From a candidate division FCPU426 bacterium (GTDB lineage: Bacteria; Oederibacteriota; Muellerivitia; Muellerivitales; Muellerivitaceae), in NCBI GenBank assembly GCA_963771075.1, contig CAVYSE010000003.1, positions 128,001-192,000 on the forward strand: a stretch of DNA of 64,000 bases, given 5' to 3'. The position numbers and the translations under genes are program-made. Positions 21,200 through 31,127 of this stretch are shown one piece after another; within the stretch, counting starts at the first letter, position 1; each line of letters opens with the position of its first letter. The notes beneath the pieces are model-generated. The model did not search any database and had not been told where the DNA came from. It saw only the letters and a program-made list of their open reading frames with translations.

Positions 21200-21331
21200 A
21201 AGTCCGGATTATAACATTCTTTCCCGAAAATCATGTTTAGACCCCCTATCCTTTCGTGATCCGAGATGGGTCCCCGCCATGCAGCATGCGCTTGCCCTTA
21301 GCTACATGGCCCGTCGCGGACCATTAACAGC

Positions 21332-21508
21332 CTAAGGTTTATAAACGAGCATCGCCTTGATATACATGGCGATGGCGCCCACAATCCAGCCCGCGAAAAA
21401 TATGGCGACGTCCCTGGTTTGTGCCGGATTACCCTTGAGCCAAAATCCGCCGAGAACGACGGCCATCACGATGACCACCGCGATCCCCCAACTGACGAAT
21501 GGATTCAT
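21332..21508 (-). CDS. 58-aa two-TM membrane protein (absent from the ORF track)
   Basis: GGAGG RBS; MNPFVSWGIAVVIVMAVVLGGFWLKGNPAQTRDVAIFFAGWIVGAIAMYIKAMLVYKP*; fills the interval between two dyad sites. Confidence 0.75.
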   Translation of the reverse strand: MNPFVSWGIAVVIVMAVVLGGFWLKGNPAQTRDVAIFFAGWIVGAIAMYIKAMLVYKP

Positions 21509-21586
21509 AACGCAACCTCCGATTTGGCCGTCCTCAATGGTTACTCCCCGCGGACAAGGTTTTAGGCATTTTTTGAAACTTCAAAT

Positions 21587-22291
21587 TTACATTTTTTCTT
21601 TTACGCCCTTCATTGCTTTTTCTGTCATCGGGGCGGTTTTTGACATGCCGTTGATAACTTCAAATGTTAGTAAAAGTGCCACACCCGGATTCATTACTTC
21701 ATGAATCTTCTCCAACAGATCAACCAAGCTGCGAACGGAAGCCCTTAACGCCTCTTTTTTATTTTTTAACGGACCCAAAATCGCATCCACCTTAGGGCGG
21801 GTTTCGTATCCGATTTTCAACGGAATCACGAAGGGATTATTATCCGGGGGCACAGATAATGGCACCTTGCCCCAATCCTCCGGTTTTCCAATCCCGGCGG
21901 CGTAATTTTCTAATACTTTCTTCATCGGGGGAAAGTCGCCTTGGGCGTAAACGCCTGGCGTTAATTGGTCTCGCAGCATTCCTACAACCGAATCCGAGGG
22001 AAACGAATCTAATTCCTTGCTCAGGGATTCGCCGTAAATAATCGAATTGACCTTATCGGAAAACACTCTCGCCCCGGGGACCAAGTCGTGATCACGAAGG
22101 GAGAAATCCCCCGCTAGGTCTATGCACCGTTCCGCGACAATGGTTGAGATTAGGGCTAGGGCATCTTCTGAACGAATTCGTTTATTTTTCTCGGACAAGG
22201 CTTCAATGACAAAGGCGGTAAGTCTGGCTTGGGCTATATCAGGTTTTGAGGAAAATCCCGTCATATCCATCAGTAAATCTTTAATTCCCAT
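21587..22291 (-). CDS. Hypothetical protein (module gene)
   Basis: 234-aa ORF with AGGAGG RBS, fills the interval between two dyad sites. Confidence 0.8.
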   Translation of the reverse strand: MGIKDLLMDMTGFSSKPDIAQARLTAFVIEALSEKNKRIRSEDALALISTIVAERCIDLAGDFSLRDHDLVPGARVFSDKVNSIIYGESLSKELDSFPSDSVVGMLRDQLTPGVYAQGDFPPMKKVLENYAAGIGKPEDWGKVPLSVPPDNNPFVIPLKIGYETRPKVDAILGPLKNKKEALRASVRSLVDLLEKIHEVMNPGVALLLTFEVINGMSKTAPMTEKAMKGVKEKM

Positions 22292-22339
22292 ACGACCTCC
22301 TATATTCCTTGACCACGACAGGTCCCCATAGGGGGACTA

Positions 22340-22774
22340 TTATCCGTTCCGATTGGCAGAGCGGGCATGCCGAACATAGCTTTCCACTTCCAATTGGGTA
22401 TGTGTAGCGATTTTGTCCATGTCCGCATCGGCATGAAGCAGGATCAGATGGTGTTTATGCGCTTTATAGGCGATCAAAGCATCAACTGTTTTTATCTTGT
22501 GCCCTTTTTGGCGATGTTCCCGCACCCACTCGGCCGCCTCCACCCACTCATGGGGAAATAAGGGGAAAGTGTGAAGCGCGGATAAATGAGCCGCCAACAG
22601 GGCCGAATGAGCCTGGGATTTCTCCGAGGAAACAAGCTCAAAGAAGATAGGGGATGTGATGGCCGCAAGATTGTTTTCCACCAATTTCTCCACCCTAGCC
22701 CGTATAACCTCCAACGGGTGAGAACCTAAGGCAAAAATCCACGCGGAACTATCGATCAGGTAAAGTTTATTCAA
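22340..22774 (-). CDS. vapC: PIN-domain toxin (VapC family)
   Basis: LIDSSAWI, conserved E, DALIA, LLHADAD PIN acidic residues. Confidence 0.88.
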   Translation of the reverse strand: MNKLYLIDSSAWIFALGSHPLEVIRARVEKLVENNLAAITSPIFFELVSSEKSQAHSALLAAHLSALHTFPLFPHEWVEAAEWVREHRQKGHKIKTVDALIAYKAHKHHLILLHADADMDKIATHTQLEVESYVRHARSANRNG

Positions 22775-22968
22775 CCCCTGGACTCTTTTAGGGATTTAGG
22801 CGTGAGATTAAGGCGGAACTTATCGAAATCCTTCACGAAACTCTTCCTTTGGATTTCCGACAATAAGTTGCGCAAGCCCGCCTCAAGGACTTCCCGTTGA
22901 GTAGCGATTCCCGTTTCCCGCTTGGCCTGTTTTAAAAGGCCTTCATCGATATGGGTTGTGATTTTCAT
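22771..22968 (-). CDS. vapB: VapB-type antitoxin
   Basis: MKITTHIDEGLLKQAKRETG..TQREVLEAGL (DUF2191/VapB-like); overlaps vapC; GGAGG RBS. Confidence 0.85.
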   Translation of the reverse strand: MKITTHIDEGLLKQAKRETGIATQREVLEAGLRNLLSEIQRKSFVKDFDKFRLNLTPKSLKESRG

Positions 22969-23064
22969 ATTAACCTCCGTGAGTATGGCATTGCTTGCCA
23001 TACTTATATCAAATTCAGGGGGTATAGACAATCGGGCAAAATTACAGACCAGGCCCAAATTCTT

Positions 23065-25041
23065 GCAGAGTAGAGCGCTGGCGCGTATGCCTTAGAGTAC
23101 GGTGGCGAATCCAACCCTTTCGGATTGGGCCTCAGTCCGGCTCTCATCACCACGTTTCCAGCGCCCCCTCATCAAACCGTACGTGACCTTTTCGATCATA
23201 CGGCTTTCCGACAACCTTTCAACCGGCAGCATTCAAGGCAAAAGCTGGAATCCAGTTCAAACCAAGGCGTTTCACTTCCTCGATCGACCATGTTCGTCCT
23301 TCCCAGGCGTACTTATGCCTCCGAAACAAAGTCAGCCTTTCGAGTACGTAAAATTGAAGCTTGGAAAAGTATGGCTGGCTGTCCCCAATTCGGAAATAGT
23401 TGGCCCACCCCCTTAACACCGGGTTCAAAGCCTTCGCTACATCCTCCATTGGAGATAAGAGCCGCTCTCGGCCCGCCGTCATCTGCTTCACTTTCTCGGC
23501 GATTTTCTTCATGGCCTTCCGGCTCGGCCAGCTCAGGCAACAGGTCTTACCCAATCCTACCACCGGCATACCTACTCGAAAGTGGAACCCAAGGAAGTCA
23601 AACCCTTCCTTCCCAGGCCCCATTTCCACCAGCCGTGTCTTTTCGGGGTGCAGTTCAAGCCCTAGTCGTCCCATCAATTCCTTGATGACTTCCAGGCTCT
23701 TTTCCGCATGGGCTTGGCTTCCGCACAACACCACAAAATCGTCGGCGTAGCGCACCAGCCTACCCAGTTTCCTGTGCCTCTTATTCCAAACCTTGTCCAG
23801 CAAGTGAAGGTAAACATTGGATAACAGCGGTGAGATCACCCCGCCTTGCGGTGTCCCTCGGAGAGTCGGCGTAAGCCTTCCTTCCTCAAACACACCCGCC
23901 TTCAGCCACCCTCGGATCAGTTTCAAAACCTTCCGGTCACTGATCCTCTGGCGCACCAGCACCATCAGTTTGTCGTGGTCGATGGAATCGAAATACTTCC
24001 GAATATCTCCATCCACCACCCATCTGTACCCGCCATTGATCCACTTCTTGATCTCCCGGTGGGCCTGCTGGGCTCCGCGTTTTGGCCGAAATCCAAACGA
24101 GCCTTCCAGAAAGTCCGCCTCAAAGATGGGTTCCACCACCTTCCGGCAAGCCGCTTGAACTACCCGATCCCGAATTACCGGGATTCCCAACGGTCTCTTG
24201 CTTCCATCAGGCTTGGGTATTTCCACTCGTCTCACAGGTTTAGGCAGATACTTCCCAGCTTTGAGTTCTTCCTGGATGCCCTTCAGGAATGGAATAATTC
24301 CCACCTTCTCTTCGATCCATTCCAGCGTTTCCCCGTCCACTCCTCCTTGGCCTTTATTAGCCTTCACCTGTTTCCATGCCGCTGTCAGGACATCCCATCG
24401 GGTCATCCTGTCATGCAGTACATGAAATCTCCGGCTTGGGCTCCTCTTGGCCGCTCGGTATAGCGCCCTTTGAAGGGTTCGCGCCTTGTCTTCGGAGTTG
24501 TTGGCCCTTTGGGGCATGCTCCAGCGCCTCCCTTTTGAAGGTTGCTTGGTTGAAGCAGGGGTCCTTCCCTCCAGGTGGTTTTGTTGTCCACCCTTCACAG
24601 GTATTGTGACCCCCTCCGACTTCCTCCCGCCCTTGCCCCTTTTCGGTTTTAGCCTTATAGCGGCAAGTCTTTTGGCGGGTAGGATCTCCCAGGTTGCTTG
24701 CAAAGCCTTTCCAGCATTCCGTTCCCCATACGCCGGAGGACTTGCCCCGCTTGCTCCAGATTCTTCAGCGGGATCGTGGCCTTCGCCGGTAGACACGCGG
24801 CTCGGCATCCTCTTGCACCTTTCGGTGTCCCATTCACGACGCGGCAGGATTCACTTGATGTTGCGGACTGCTAGATTGTTCCCTCACTGAATGAGGTTTA
24901 TGACCCCGTTTCGGGCAGAACCTCTCGGTCCTACGCCGGGGGCTGACTTCCAGGCTCTCTGGCGATTACCTGGTCAGGATTTGGGCTGGCCCTCTTCGGC
25001 CTACTCCCTCACCTGCTGGCTCTACAAACCTTCGCTGGCAC
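23065..25041 (-). mobile_element. Group II intron, family A, copy 1 (about 1977 bp)
   Basis: RT ORF; domain V AAAGCCGTATGATCGAAAAGGTCACGTACGGTTT; domain VI ending CTCTACTCTGC; 5' end GTGCC; boundaries from comparison with copy 2, uncertain by 1-3 nt. Confidence 0.93.
23219..24517 (-). CDS. ltrA: Group II intron reverse transcriptase/maturase, no endonuclease domain
   Basis: RPLGIP, GTPQGGVISPLLSN, RYADD, FDFLGF, LRGWANYF; start at MPQRANN after GGAGG. Confidence 0.95.
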   Translation of the reverse strand: MPQRANNSEDKARTLQRALYRAAKRSPSRRFHVLHDRMTRWDVLTAAWKQVKANKGQGGVDGETLEWIEEKVGIIPFLKGIQEELKAGKYLPKPVRRVEIPKPDGSKRPLGIPVIRDRVVQAACRKVVEPIFEADFLEGSFGFRPKRGAQQAHREIKKWINGGYRWVVDGDIRKYFDSIDHDKLMVLVRQRISDRKVLKLIRGWLKAGVFEEGRLTPTLRGTPQGGVISPLLSNVYLHLLDKVWNKRHRKLGRLVRYADDFVVLCGSQAHAEKSLEVIKELMGRLGLELHPEKTRLVEMGPGKEGFDFLGFHFRVGMPVVGLGKTCCLSWPSRKAMKKIAEKVKQMTAGRERLLSPMEDVAKALNPVLRGWANYFRIGDSQPYFSKLQFYVLERLTLFRRHKYAWEGRTWSIEEVKRLGLNWIPAFALNAAG

Positions 25042-26278
25042 GATGTCCACGATGAGGACCCATCGTGGACAAGGTTTAAATTATAGCCGTTTCATATTTT
25101 TGAAATCCCTTGTAGGGGAAAGCGGGAGGCATTTGGGTTCCAGCTCATCGTGAATTCGTAAATGATTTTCATGGACTTGGTAATGGCGTGGTCCCCAGCC
25201 CCGGGGCCGTCCTTCCCAACTGCCTGAGCAATTTTCCATTCCCGGTTTGCTCGTCCTTGTTCACGCCCAGGCCCCAAAGGTAATCGCCCAGGGGGATTCC
25301 GCCGCAGGTCGAGGGCCTTTTCCAGACCATCGGGTAAAAGCGCAGTTTCACCTCCTCCGACCGCCACACCGGGCCAGATCTTGGTTCTCGGGAGGGATAG
25401 GGGGGCCAAAGCCTTTGGGGTTCTTCCCCCTCGGCCAGGGTTTTCTTGGGGCGACCGGGCTTGAGCCCGGTCCCAGTGCCCAAGTCGGCCAGATGAATGG
25501 CGGCACTCACGGAAATACCCCAAATTCCCTTATTTTGATTTGCGGAGTATCCGCCAATCAAATCCCTTGATTTCGAGATTCAAGAGAGGAAGGAGACCTA
25601 ATGCCTCTCGGATAGATCGCTGAAGCCCTTCCCCCTGCCGCAAAAGAACTGATTTACCAAAATCTTCAAAAAACCCTTAAAAACGATCCCCCGATTCGGG
25701 GGACGAAAAATAAGGGTTTTTTGATAACCGAGTACCATCTGCTGGCTTTGGCTGATCTGGTGGATCCGCTCCAGGTCGAAAAGCCCTTCACCTGGCTCAA
25801 AAGTGGGTTCAGGGTCCAAATCGGTTAAATGGGTTACAGAAGCCTCTGAAATCCCTTTATTTACCATCGTACAATTTGTACGAAGTACCTCCTCGGGAGC
25901 CTCGTTTAAGAGGGTAAGACGCCATAAGCTTTGCTAACTCTTGGTCTAGTCATCCGCAACCGCTTGGAAACCTGATCCAAATTTAAGGTCAACTCGTCCT
26001 TGATCCGGTTCTCGATGGCCTGGTAGGCGGCCCACCATCCCCTATCCCTGTTGATTTTGTCTCAAACTGATAAAAAGGCGTATATTGGATTTCTTGAAGG
26101 GACAGGGGATGAACTATAAAAGTAACAAGCAGTTGGCGGTTGGCAGGTAAGACCTAACACCAACATCCAACACGACCCATCAGCCCCCTGACTGAGGGCG
26201 ATAAAAACCATCGAGACGCCAATCCGCCAAGCCTTTCGATGCGATAAAGCTTACCTGGCGGGAAGGGCTTATATAAAA

Positions 26279-26554
26279 ATGGGCACCAAGGCTGACCGGA
26301 ACAAAATCATCACCCGTTATGTAGATGATTTCCTTAAAAACCAGGGCCTTATTCTTTTCGAAAAGTGGTATTCGGTCCTGCAAAATCTGAATTCCCCCCA
26401 AAAAGTCCATGACTTTGAAGTCCGCGACAAAATGCTCGAGGAAATCCTTGCCTTAGTGGCCCAGGATAATTCCCTGATTTTGAACAAGAAGGACAAGGGT
26501 ATGGTGGAGGAGCTTTTGAACAAGTTCCTTTTGGGATCAAACCTTTTGAAATAA
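26279..26554 (+). CDS. Hypothetical protein
   Basis: 91-aa ORF with protein-like composition only. Confidence 0.45.
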   Translation: MGTKADRNKIITRYVDDFLKNQGLILFEKWYSVLQNLNSPQKVHDFEVRDKMLEEILALVAQDNSLILNKKDKGMVEELLNKFLLGSNLLK

Positions 26555-26732
26555 AAGTCAACCAAGGATTGGGACCAAGCTTTTTCGGTTTTTTAGGGGG
26601 GGTAGGGTAATGCCACTACGGGTTGTGGACTAGTGTGTTAAGTGTTGGCAGGCCCCTCGGTTTTTGGTGGGGCAGGCTCCGCTGGAAATCCGCTTGTGGA
26701 TGGATTGATTCAACCAACGGGATGGGGATTAA

Positions 26733-27089
26733 TTAAATACGTTCACCTCTGAGGGGATCCAGGTTCCGAATGGTCCTCAGAACCTCGTTACTCGTTATTA
26801 TAAATCGCATCCCGCAATCATCCTCTTTGACCCAAACCACCTTGGCGTATAAATCGAAGGATTTTTCCATTTCCAAAGCTAAATCCACTATGAGAATGTC
26901 GCTTTCTTTAAGAGGAATGGGCGTTTTTAGCTTAAGACCACCCTCGCTGATATTTTGAGCGCGTCCGCGAAAAGGGGTTTTGGCGGTTTGATAGATATTG
27001 AGCGACGGCGAGGGTTGGACGAGATAGATCTGAATGGATTTTAAGTATTTGAACCGTTCATGAAGGCGTTCGTTTTTTGTTTTACTCAT
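26733..27089 (-). CDS. PilZ-domain protein
   Basis: ERLHERF (RxxxR) and NISEGG (D/NxSxxG), AKVVW, GMRF. Confidence 0.8.
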   Translation of the reverse strand: MSKTKNERLHERFKYLKSIQIYLVQPSPSLNIYQTAKTPFRGRAQNISEGGLKLKTPIPLKESDILIVDLALEMEKSFDLYAKVVWVKEDDCGMRFIITSNEVLRTIRNLDPLRGERI

Positions 27090-27534
27090 TCCCGGGTTAC
27101 CTGGCACAGTTTTTTCAAGCGAAAGTGTTGAAAATAGGTTGGCGCTTATTGACCGCAATGGTAGAGGAGGTGTCCAGAGGGTCAGCCCCCTTGATCGACG
27201 GAGGCTTCACTTCCCTGTCCAGATAACCGGGTTCTTTATAGGTTATTTAGTTTTTTGGCGCAATAAACTTTTTTAATGGCTTGGAAGTTCATACAAGAAT
27301 TATGTAAAGGAAATACATATTTGTAGGAGAGCGTAAGACCTTAGGTTGGTTTAGCCTATTTTGTTTTGCGGTTATTCATCCTAACAATGTATTCGGCCTC
27401 GATAGCCCAATGGATTTAAACAGTTCTCGTGCAGCCTGATCGCTTCTGCTTTCTCCCCAAGGGGCCTGCTTCCACTTCTGGGCCCGGCCCTGAGCAGAGC
27501 AAAACTCTTTCGAAGGGCCCCTAACCGTCCTTAG

Positions 27535-27663
27535 CTTAGAGGCTCAACGCCAACCCGCCGAAGTTCCCGAAGTAACCCGCCGACAGGTTCCAATCGGGCC
27601 CGAAAATGAGCTGGAACCCCGCTCCCACACCGTAAAGCATGTGGGCGGGTGGGGTAATGCCAC
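27535..27663 (-). repeat. Direct repeat copy A: tail of a beta-barrel/autotransporter-like gene
   Basis: Aligns with 33616-33774 apart from substitutions and a 30-bp deletion. Confidence 0.85.
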
Positions 27664-27696
27664 AGCCAACCCCATGAGATTTTTCAAGCCCCCCCT

Positions 27697-28155
27697 TTAA
27701 AACCCTTTGGGAACAATCTTCTTCATCCAAAATGATTCGACATATTTCATGGCCATCATGAAGGGTTCCGGGTCCGGCGGCTTCACGAAATACAAGTCGG
27801 CCTTGAAGTCATGGGCCTCGATCACATCCTGCTCCCAAGTGGAGGTGGTCATGACTACGACGGGAATATCCGCGAATTCCGGGTTTTCCTTTATTTCACC
27901 CAGGATAATCCTGCCGTCCTTGCGGGGCAGGTTCAAATCCAGAAATACCAGGTCGGGCCGCTGGACGCGGGTGTGGCGACCCTTTTGGCTGAAATAATCG
28001 GAGGCATCCTGGCCATCCCGGATGAGGACAGCGTGATTCGTGACTTCCGAGCCCTTCAGGAACTCCAGCAATAAATAAGCGTCCCCCACATTGTCTTCCA
28101 CCACCAGAATTTCAATCGGCCGTGCCGCGCCCGAAATTTCCGTCTGAACGCTCAT
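27697..28155 (-). CDS. Single-domain response regulator (Rcp1-like)
   Basis: ILVVEDNVGD, FLDLNLPRKDG, VMTTS, VKP. Confidence 0.9.
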   Translation of the reverse strand: MSVQTEISGAARPIEILVVEDNVGDAYLLLEFLKGSEVTNHAVLIRDGQDASDYFSQKGRHTRVQRPDLVFLDLNLPRKDGRIILGEIKENPEFADIPVVVMTTSTWEQDVIEAHDFKADLYFVKPPDPEPFMMAMKYVESFWMKKIVPKGF

Positions 28156-28613
28156 GGCTTTCCCCCCGAATGACCCCAAAGCTTCTCGAGCCAAAAATCC
28201 TCTATGTATTTCATGATTCCCAGGTAGTCCCCCATGTCCATGGGCTTAACGATAAAGAAGTTGGCGTTGTTGGCGTAAGACTGCTCCAGGTCTTTCGGGT
28301 CTTTGGAGGAAGTCATGATCAGGACGGGGATTTCGCAAAGTTCCCGGTCGCTCTTGATCGCCCCCAGCAATTCCCGGCCGCCCATTTTGGGCAGGTTCAA
28401 ATCCAGCAGGATCAGGTCCGGCTCACCCGCGTTGGGGTAAGGTTCCTGGCGGCGGAGGTAATGGAGGGCGTCCAGCCCGTTGCGCGCCACGTTCAGCCGG
28501 ATGGGGAACCGGGAGTATTTGATCATCTCCTTCATCAAGACGACGTCCCCCAGGTTATCCTCCACCAGCAGGATCTGGACTTCCTTGGGCTTCACTTCCA
28601 CTTGATAGGCCAT
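28152..28613 (-). CDS. Single-domain response regulator (Rcp1-like)
   Basis: ILLVEDNLGD, LLDLNLPKMGG, IMTSS, IVKP; start at MAYQVEV. Confidence 0.9.
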   Translation of the reverse strand: MAYQVEVKPKEVQILLVEDNLGDVVLMKEMIKYSRFPIRLNVARNGLDALHYLRRQEPYPNAGEPDLILLDLNLPKMGGRELLGAIKSDRELCEIPVLIMTSSKDPKDLEQSYANNANFFIVKPMDMGDYLGIMKYIEDFWLEKLWGHSGGKP

Positions 28614-29724
28614 GCTCCCCTCCTTTGGTTTTCCGAGGGATCGTAAAGCAAAAAATCGACCCCTTGCCCGGTTCCGACTCGACCCAAATCCTTCCCTTGT
28701 GCTGCTCCACGATCCGCTTGCATAGCGCCAGCCCGATGCCGGTGCCCGGGTATTGGTCCCGGTGGTGCAGGCGCTGGAACACCTCAAAAATCTTGTCGAA
28801 ATATTGCGGTTCGATTCCGATGCCATTGTCTTTCACCCGGATCACCCATTGGTCCGGTTCCTCCCAGGCGAACAAATGGACCCGGGGCTTTTTGGCGCCA
28901 TGGAACCGGATTGCGTTTTCAAGCAGGTTTTGCAAAAGAAGCCCCATTTGGGCGGAATCCGCCTCCACCTCGGGGAGGAAACCGTGGGTGACCTCCGCCC
29001 CTTTCTCCTCCACGAGCAGCTTCAGGTTTTCCATCGTCTCGTGGAACACCCGGATCAGGGGGACGGGCCGCCGGACCAGGGACTGGGCCCCTAGGTGGGT
29101 ATATGAAAGAAGGTCGTCGATGAGCTGCTGGAGGCGGTGGGCCGCGTCCAGGGTGATGCGCAGGTACTCCTCGATGCGGTGGTCCATATGGTCGATCAGG
29201 TGGGTTTTCAGGAGCTGGACGAAACAGCTGATCATCCGGAGGGGTTCCTTCAAGTCGTGGGACACCGCGTAAACGAACTGCTGGAGTTCCGAATTGGACC
29301 GGGCCAGTTCCAGGGCCTTTTCCTCCACTGCCTGGGTCCTTTCCCGGACTTTTTGCTCCAAAGACTCGTTCATTTCCCGGAGGCGCCCGTTGGCGGCCCT
29401 CAAATCCTCCGCCCGTTCCCGGAGGACCGACAGGGTGTCCTGGTAGCCTCGGTGGAGGGTATGGAAGGGGGAAAGGGCTTCCCGGAGGAAATCCCCGGCG
29501 GCTCCGAGGGCCCAGGCCCCAGGGTCCCATCCCTCCAGGGCGGAAAAAATCCCCCTCAGGGCCTCATGGTGGGCGTCCGCCAGTTCCAGGGGGCCCAGCC
29601 CCTCCGCCAGGGCCTTCCGGCCCAGCTCATAGCCCCGCCTCAGGGCCCCCTCGTTCCGGGTTTGCAGGTAGCCCATCAGCGCCTGGGAATAGTCGTCCTG
29701 GAGTTTCACTTGGAGCGGGCTCAT
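28555..29724 (-). CDS. Histidine kinase with RsbU N-terminal-like input domain
   Basis: N-terminus YSQALMGYL...GYELGRKALAEGLGPLEL..HHEAL; SHDLKEPLR H-box; YPGTGIGLA G2 box. Confidence 0.9.
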   Translation of the reverse strand: MSPLQVKLQDDYSQALMGYLQTRNEGALRRGYELGRKALAEGLGPLELADAHHEALRGIFSALEGWDPGAWALGAAGDFLREALSPFHTLHRGYQDTLSVLRERAEDLRAANGRLREMNESLEQKVRERTQAVEEKALELARSNSELQQFVYAVSHDLKEPLRMISCFVQLLKTHLIDHMDHRIEEYLRITLDAAHRLQQLIDDLLSYTHLGAQSLVRRPVPLIRVFHETMENLKLLVEEKGAEVTHGFLPEVEADSAQMGLLLQNLLENAIRFHGAKKPRVHLFAWEEPDQWVIRVKDNGIGIEPQYFDKIFEVFQRLHHRDQYPGTGIGLALCKRIVEQHKGRIWVESEPGKGSIFCFTIPRKTKGGEHGLSSGSEAQGSPDPAGGG

Positions 29725-30353
29725 GGCTTCCCTCCCAGGTAACGGACGGCCAACACCAGCGCGTCGTCCGTGTCTTTCTTGTTTTGGGCCAGGATGCGCT
29801 CGGCGATTCGCGGGGGCGGCTCGTGCAGGCTCTGGATGAGGGCCTGGGAAAAATTACTGCGCAGCCCGTCCGTGGCGAGGATGAGCGTGTCGCCCGGCAT
29901 GACGGGGATCACCGTGGCCCGCAGTTCGGGCAGGTTGAACCCCACCCCCCCGGATCGCAACAGCAGGTACTCGGCGGCGGGGCTGGCGTTGGCGCCGGCC
30001 CGGTAGAGAAGGCCCTCGACGTTCCCCACCCCGGCCCAGGTCATGGTACCGTCCGTTTTATTGAAGGAAGCCAGGCTCATCACGACCCCCCGGGTTTTCT
30101 GGGCGGCCTCGTGGCAGTGCCGGAAAAGGGAGATCGGCGATTCCTGGGCGAAATCCGAGAGGGTGGCCGCCACCGTGCGGCCCGCCACGGCCGCGTCCGT
30201 CCCGTGGCCCAGGCCGTCCACGACCGCCGCCAACGCGCCCTGGGGAAAGCACTTCACCACGTAGGTATCCCCGGACTCGCTCTCTCCGGCCATCGTTTGG
30301 GAAGCCACCCCCCACTCGATGCAATCGCAGCGCCCGGAATTTCCCACGTTCAC
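29721..30353 (-). CDS. rsbX: RsbX-like SpoIIE/PP2C phosphatase
   Basis: GESESGD, VDGLGHG, GVGNV, LATDGL, DDALV; GTG start overlapping the rsbT stop. Confidence 0.85.
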   Translation of the reverse strand: MNVGNSGRCDCIEWGVASQTMAGESESGDTYVVKCFPQGALAAVVDGLGHGTDAAVAGRTVAATLSDFAQESPISLFRHCHEAAQKTRGVVMSLASFNKTDGTMTWAGVGNVEGLLYRAGANASPAAEYLLLRSGGVGFNLPELRATVIPVMPGDTLILATDGLRSNFSQALIQSLHEPPPRIAERILAQNKKDTDDALVLAVRYLGGKP

Positions 30354-30754
30354 AGGTACCTCCATTTGCGCATGGTTACCGTGGTCCCCTGGCCCACCTG
30401 GGACTGGACCTCGAACTCGTCCATCAGGCGCTTGGACCCGGGAAGCCCCAGCCCCAGCCCCTTGCCGGTCGAGAACTCGTCCTGCATGGCCCTCGCCACG
30501 TCCGGGATGCCCGGGCCCTTGTCCCTCGCCACGATCTGGATGCCCTGTTTGGGCCCGTGCTGGCACTCGGTGAGGACCATCTCGCCCGATTTGGCGTGCT
30601 CCACGATGTTGCGCGCGATTTCCGAGATGGCCGTGGCGATGACCGTCAGTTCCACCTGGGAAAAGCCGATCTTTCCCGCCAGCACCCGGCCCTGCTCGCG
30701 GGCGGTCACGATGTCCGTGTCGGAGCGGATGGGGACTTGGATGGCGCCATCCAT
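30350..30754 (-). CDS. rsbT: Stressosome Ser/Thr kinase
   Basis: IATAISEIARNI, DKGPGIPD, GLGLGLPGSKRLMDEF. Confidence 0.95.
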   Translation of the reverse strand: MDGAIQVPIRSDTDIVTAREQGRVLAGKIGFSQVELTVIATAISEIARNIVEHAKSGEMVLTECQHGPKQGIQIVARDKGPGIPDVARAMQDEFSTGKGLGLGLPGSKRLMDEFEVQSQVGQGTTVTMRKWRYL

Positions 30755-30755
30755 G

Positions 30756-31121
30756 TCAGCTCCCGCTTTTCTTGGTCAGCGTGTCGAGGTAGGCCAGGCC
30801 CTCCTCCAGATCCAGGGCGGTGGCCACGTCCTCCAGCGTCAGGCCCAGCTGGACCATGGCGAAGGCCACCTCGGGTTGGATGCCCACGATCACCGTTTCC
30901 GCGCCCCTCAAGCGCAGCATGTGGGCGATGGACCGCAGCGTCCTCACCGCGAAGGAATCCATGACGTCCAGGGCGGTCACGTCCACAATGGCGCCCCGGG
31001 ACCGGTACTGGCCCACCTTGCTGGACAGGTCGTCCTGCAATTGCAGCAGGTCGGCGTCGGTCAGGGCCGCCTGGATGGAGGCGATCAGGTAGCTCCCCTG
31101 CTTGTGGATCGGGACGCGCAT
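30756..31121 (-). CDS. rsbS: Stressosome STAS antagonist
   Basis: VPI, DVTALDVMDSF, GIQPEVAFAMVQLGL, TALDLEEG. Confidence 0.95.
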   Translation of the reverse strand: MRVPIHKQGSYLIASIQAALTDADLLQLQDDLSSKVGQYRSRGAIVDVTALDVMDSFAVRTLRSIAHMLRLRGAETVIVGIQPEVAFAMVQLGLTLEDVATALDLEEGLAYLDTLTKKSGS

Positions 31122-31127
31122 GGCGGG

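Noticed and set aside
23219..24808. 529-aa extended RT, or a retron/DGR/defence RT
   Set aside because: The extension is intron RNA read in frame; domain V/VI and a second copy show a group II intron; no template/variable repeat pair seen
25092..25867. Short ORFs after the site at 25045
   Set aside because: No recognisable motifs or clear RBS; possibly decayed genes, not supportable
26128..26172. Short GTTGGC / CCAACA iterations
   Set aside because: Too short and degenerate to call an element
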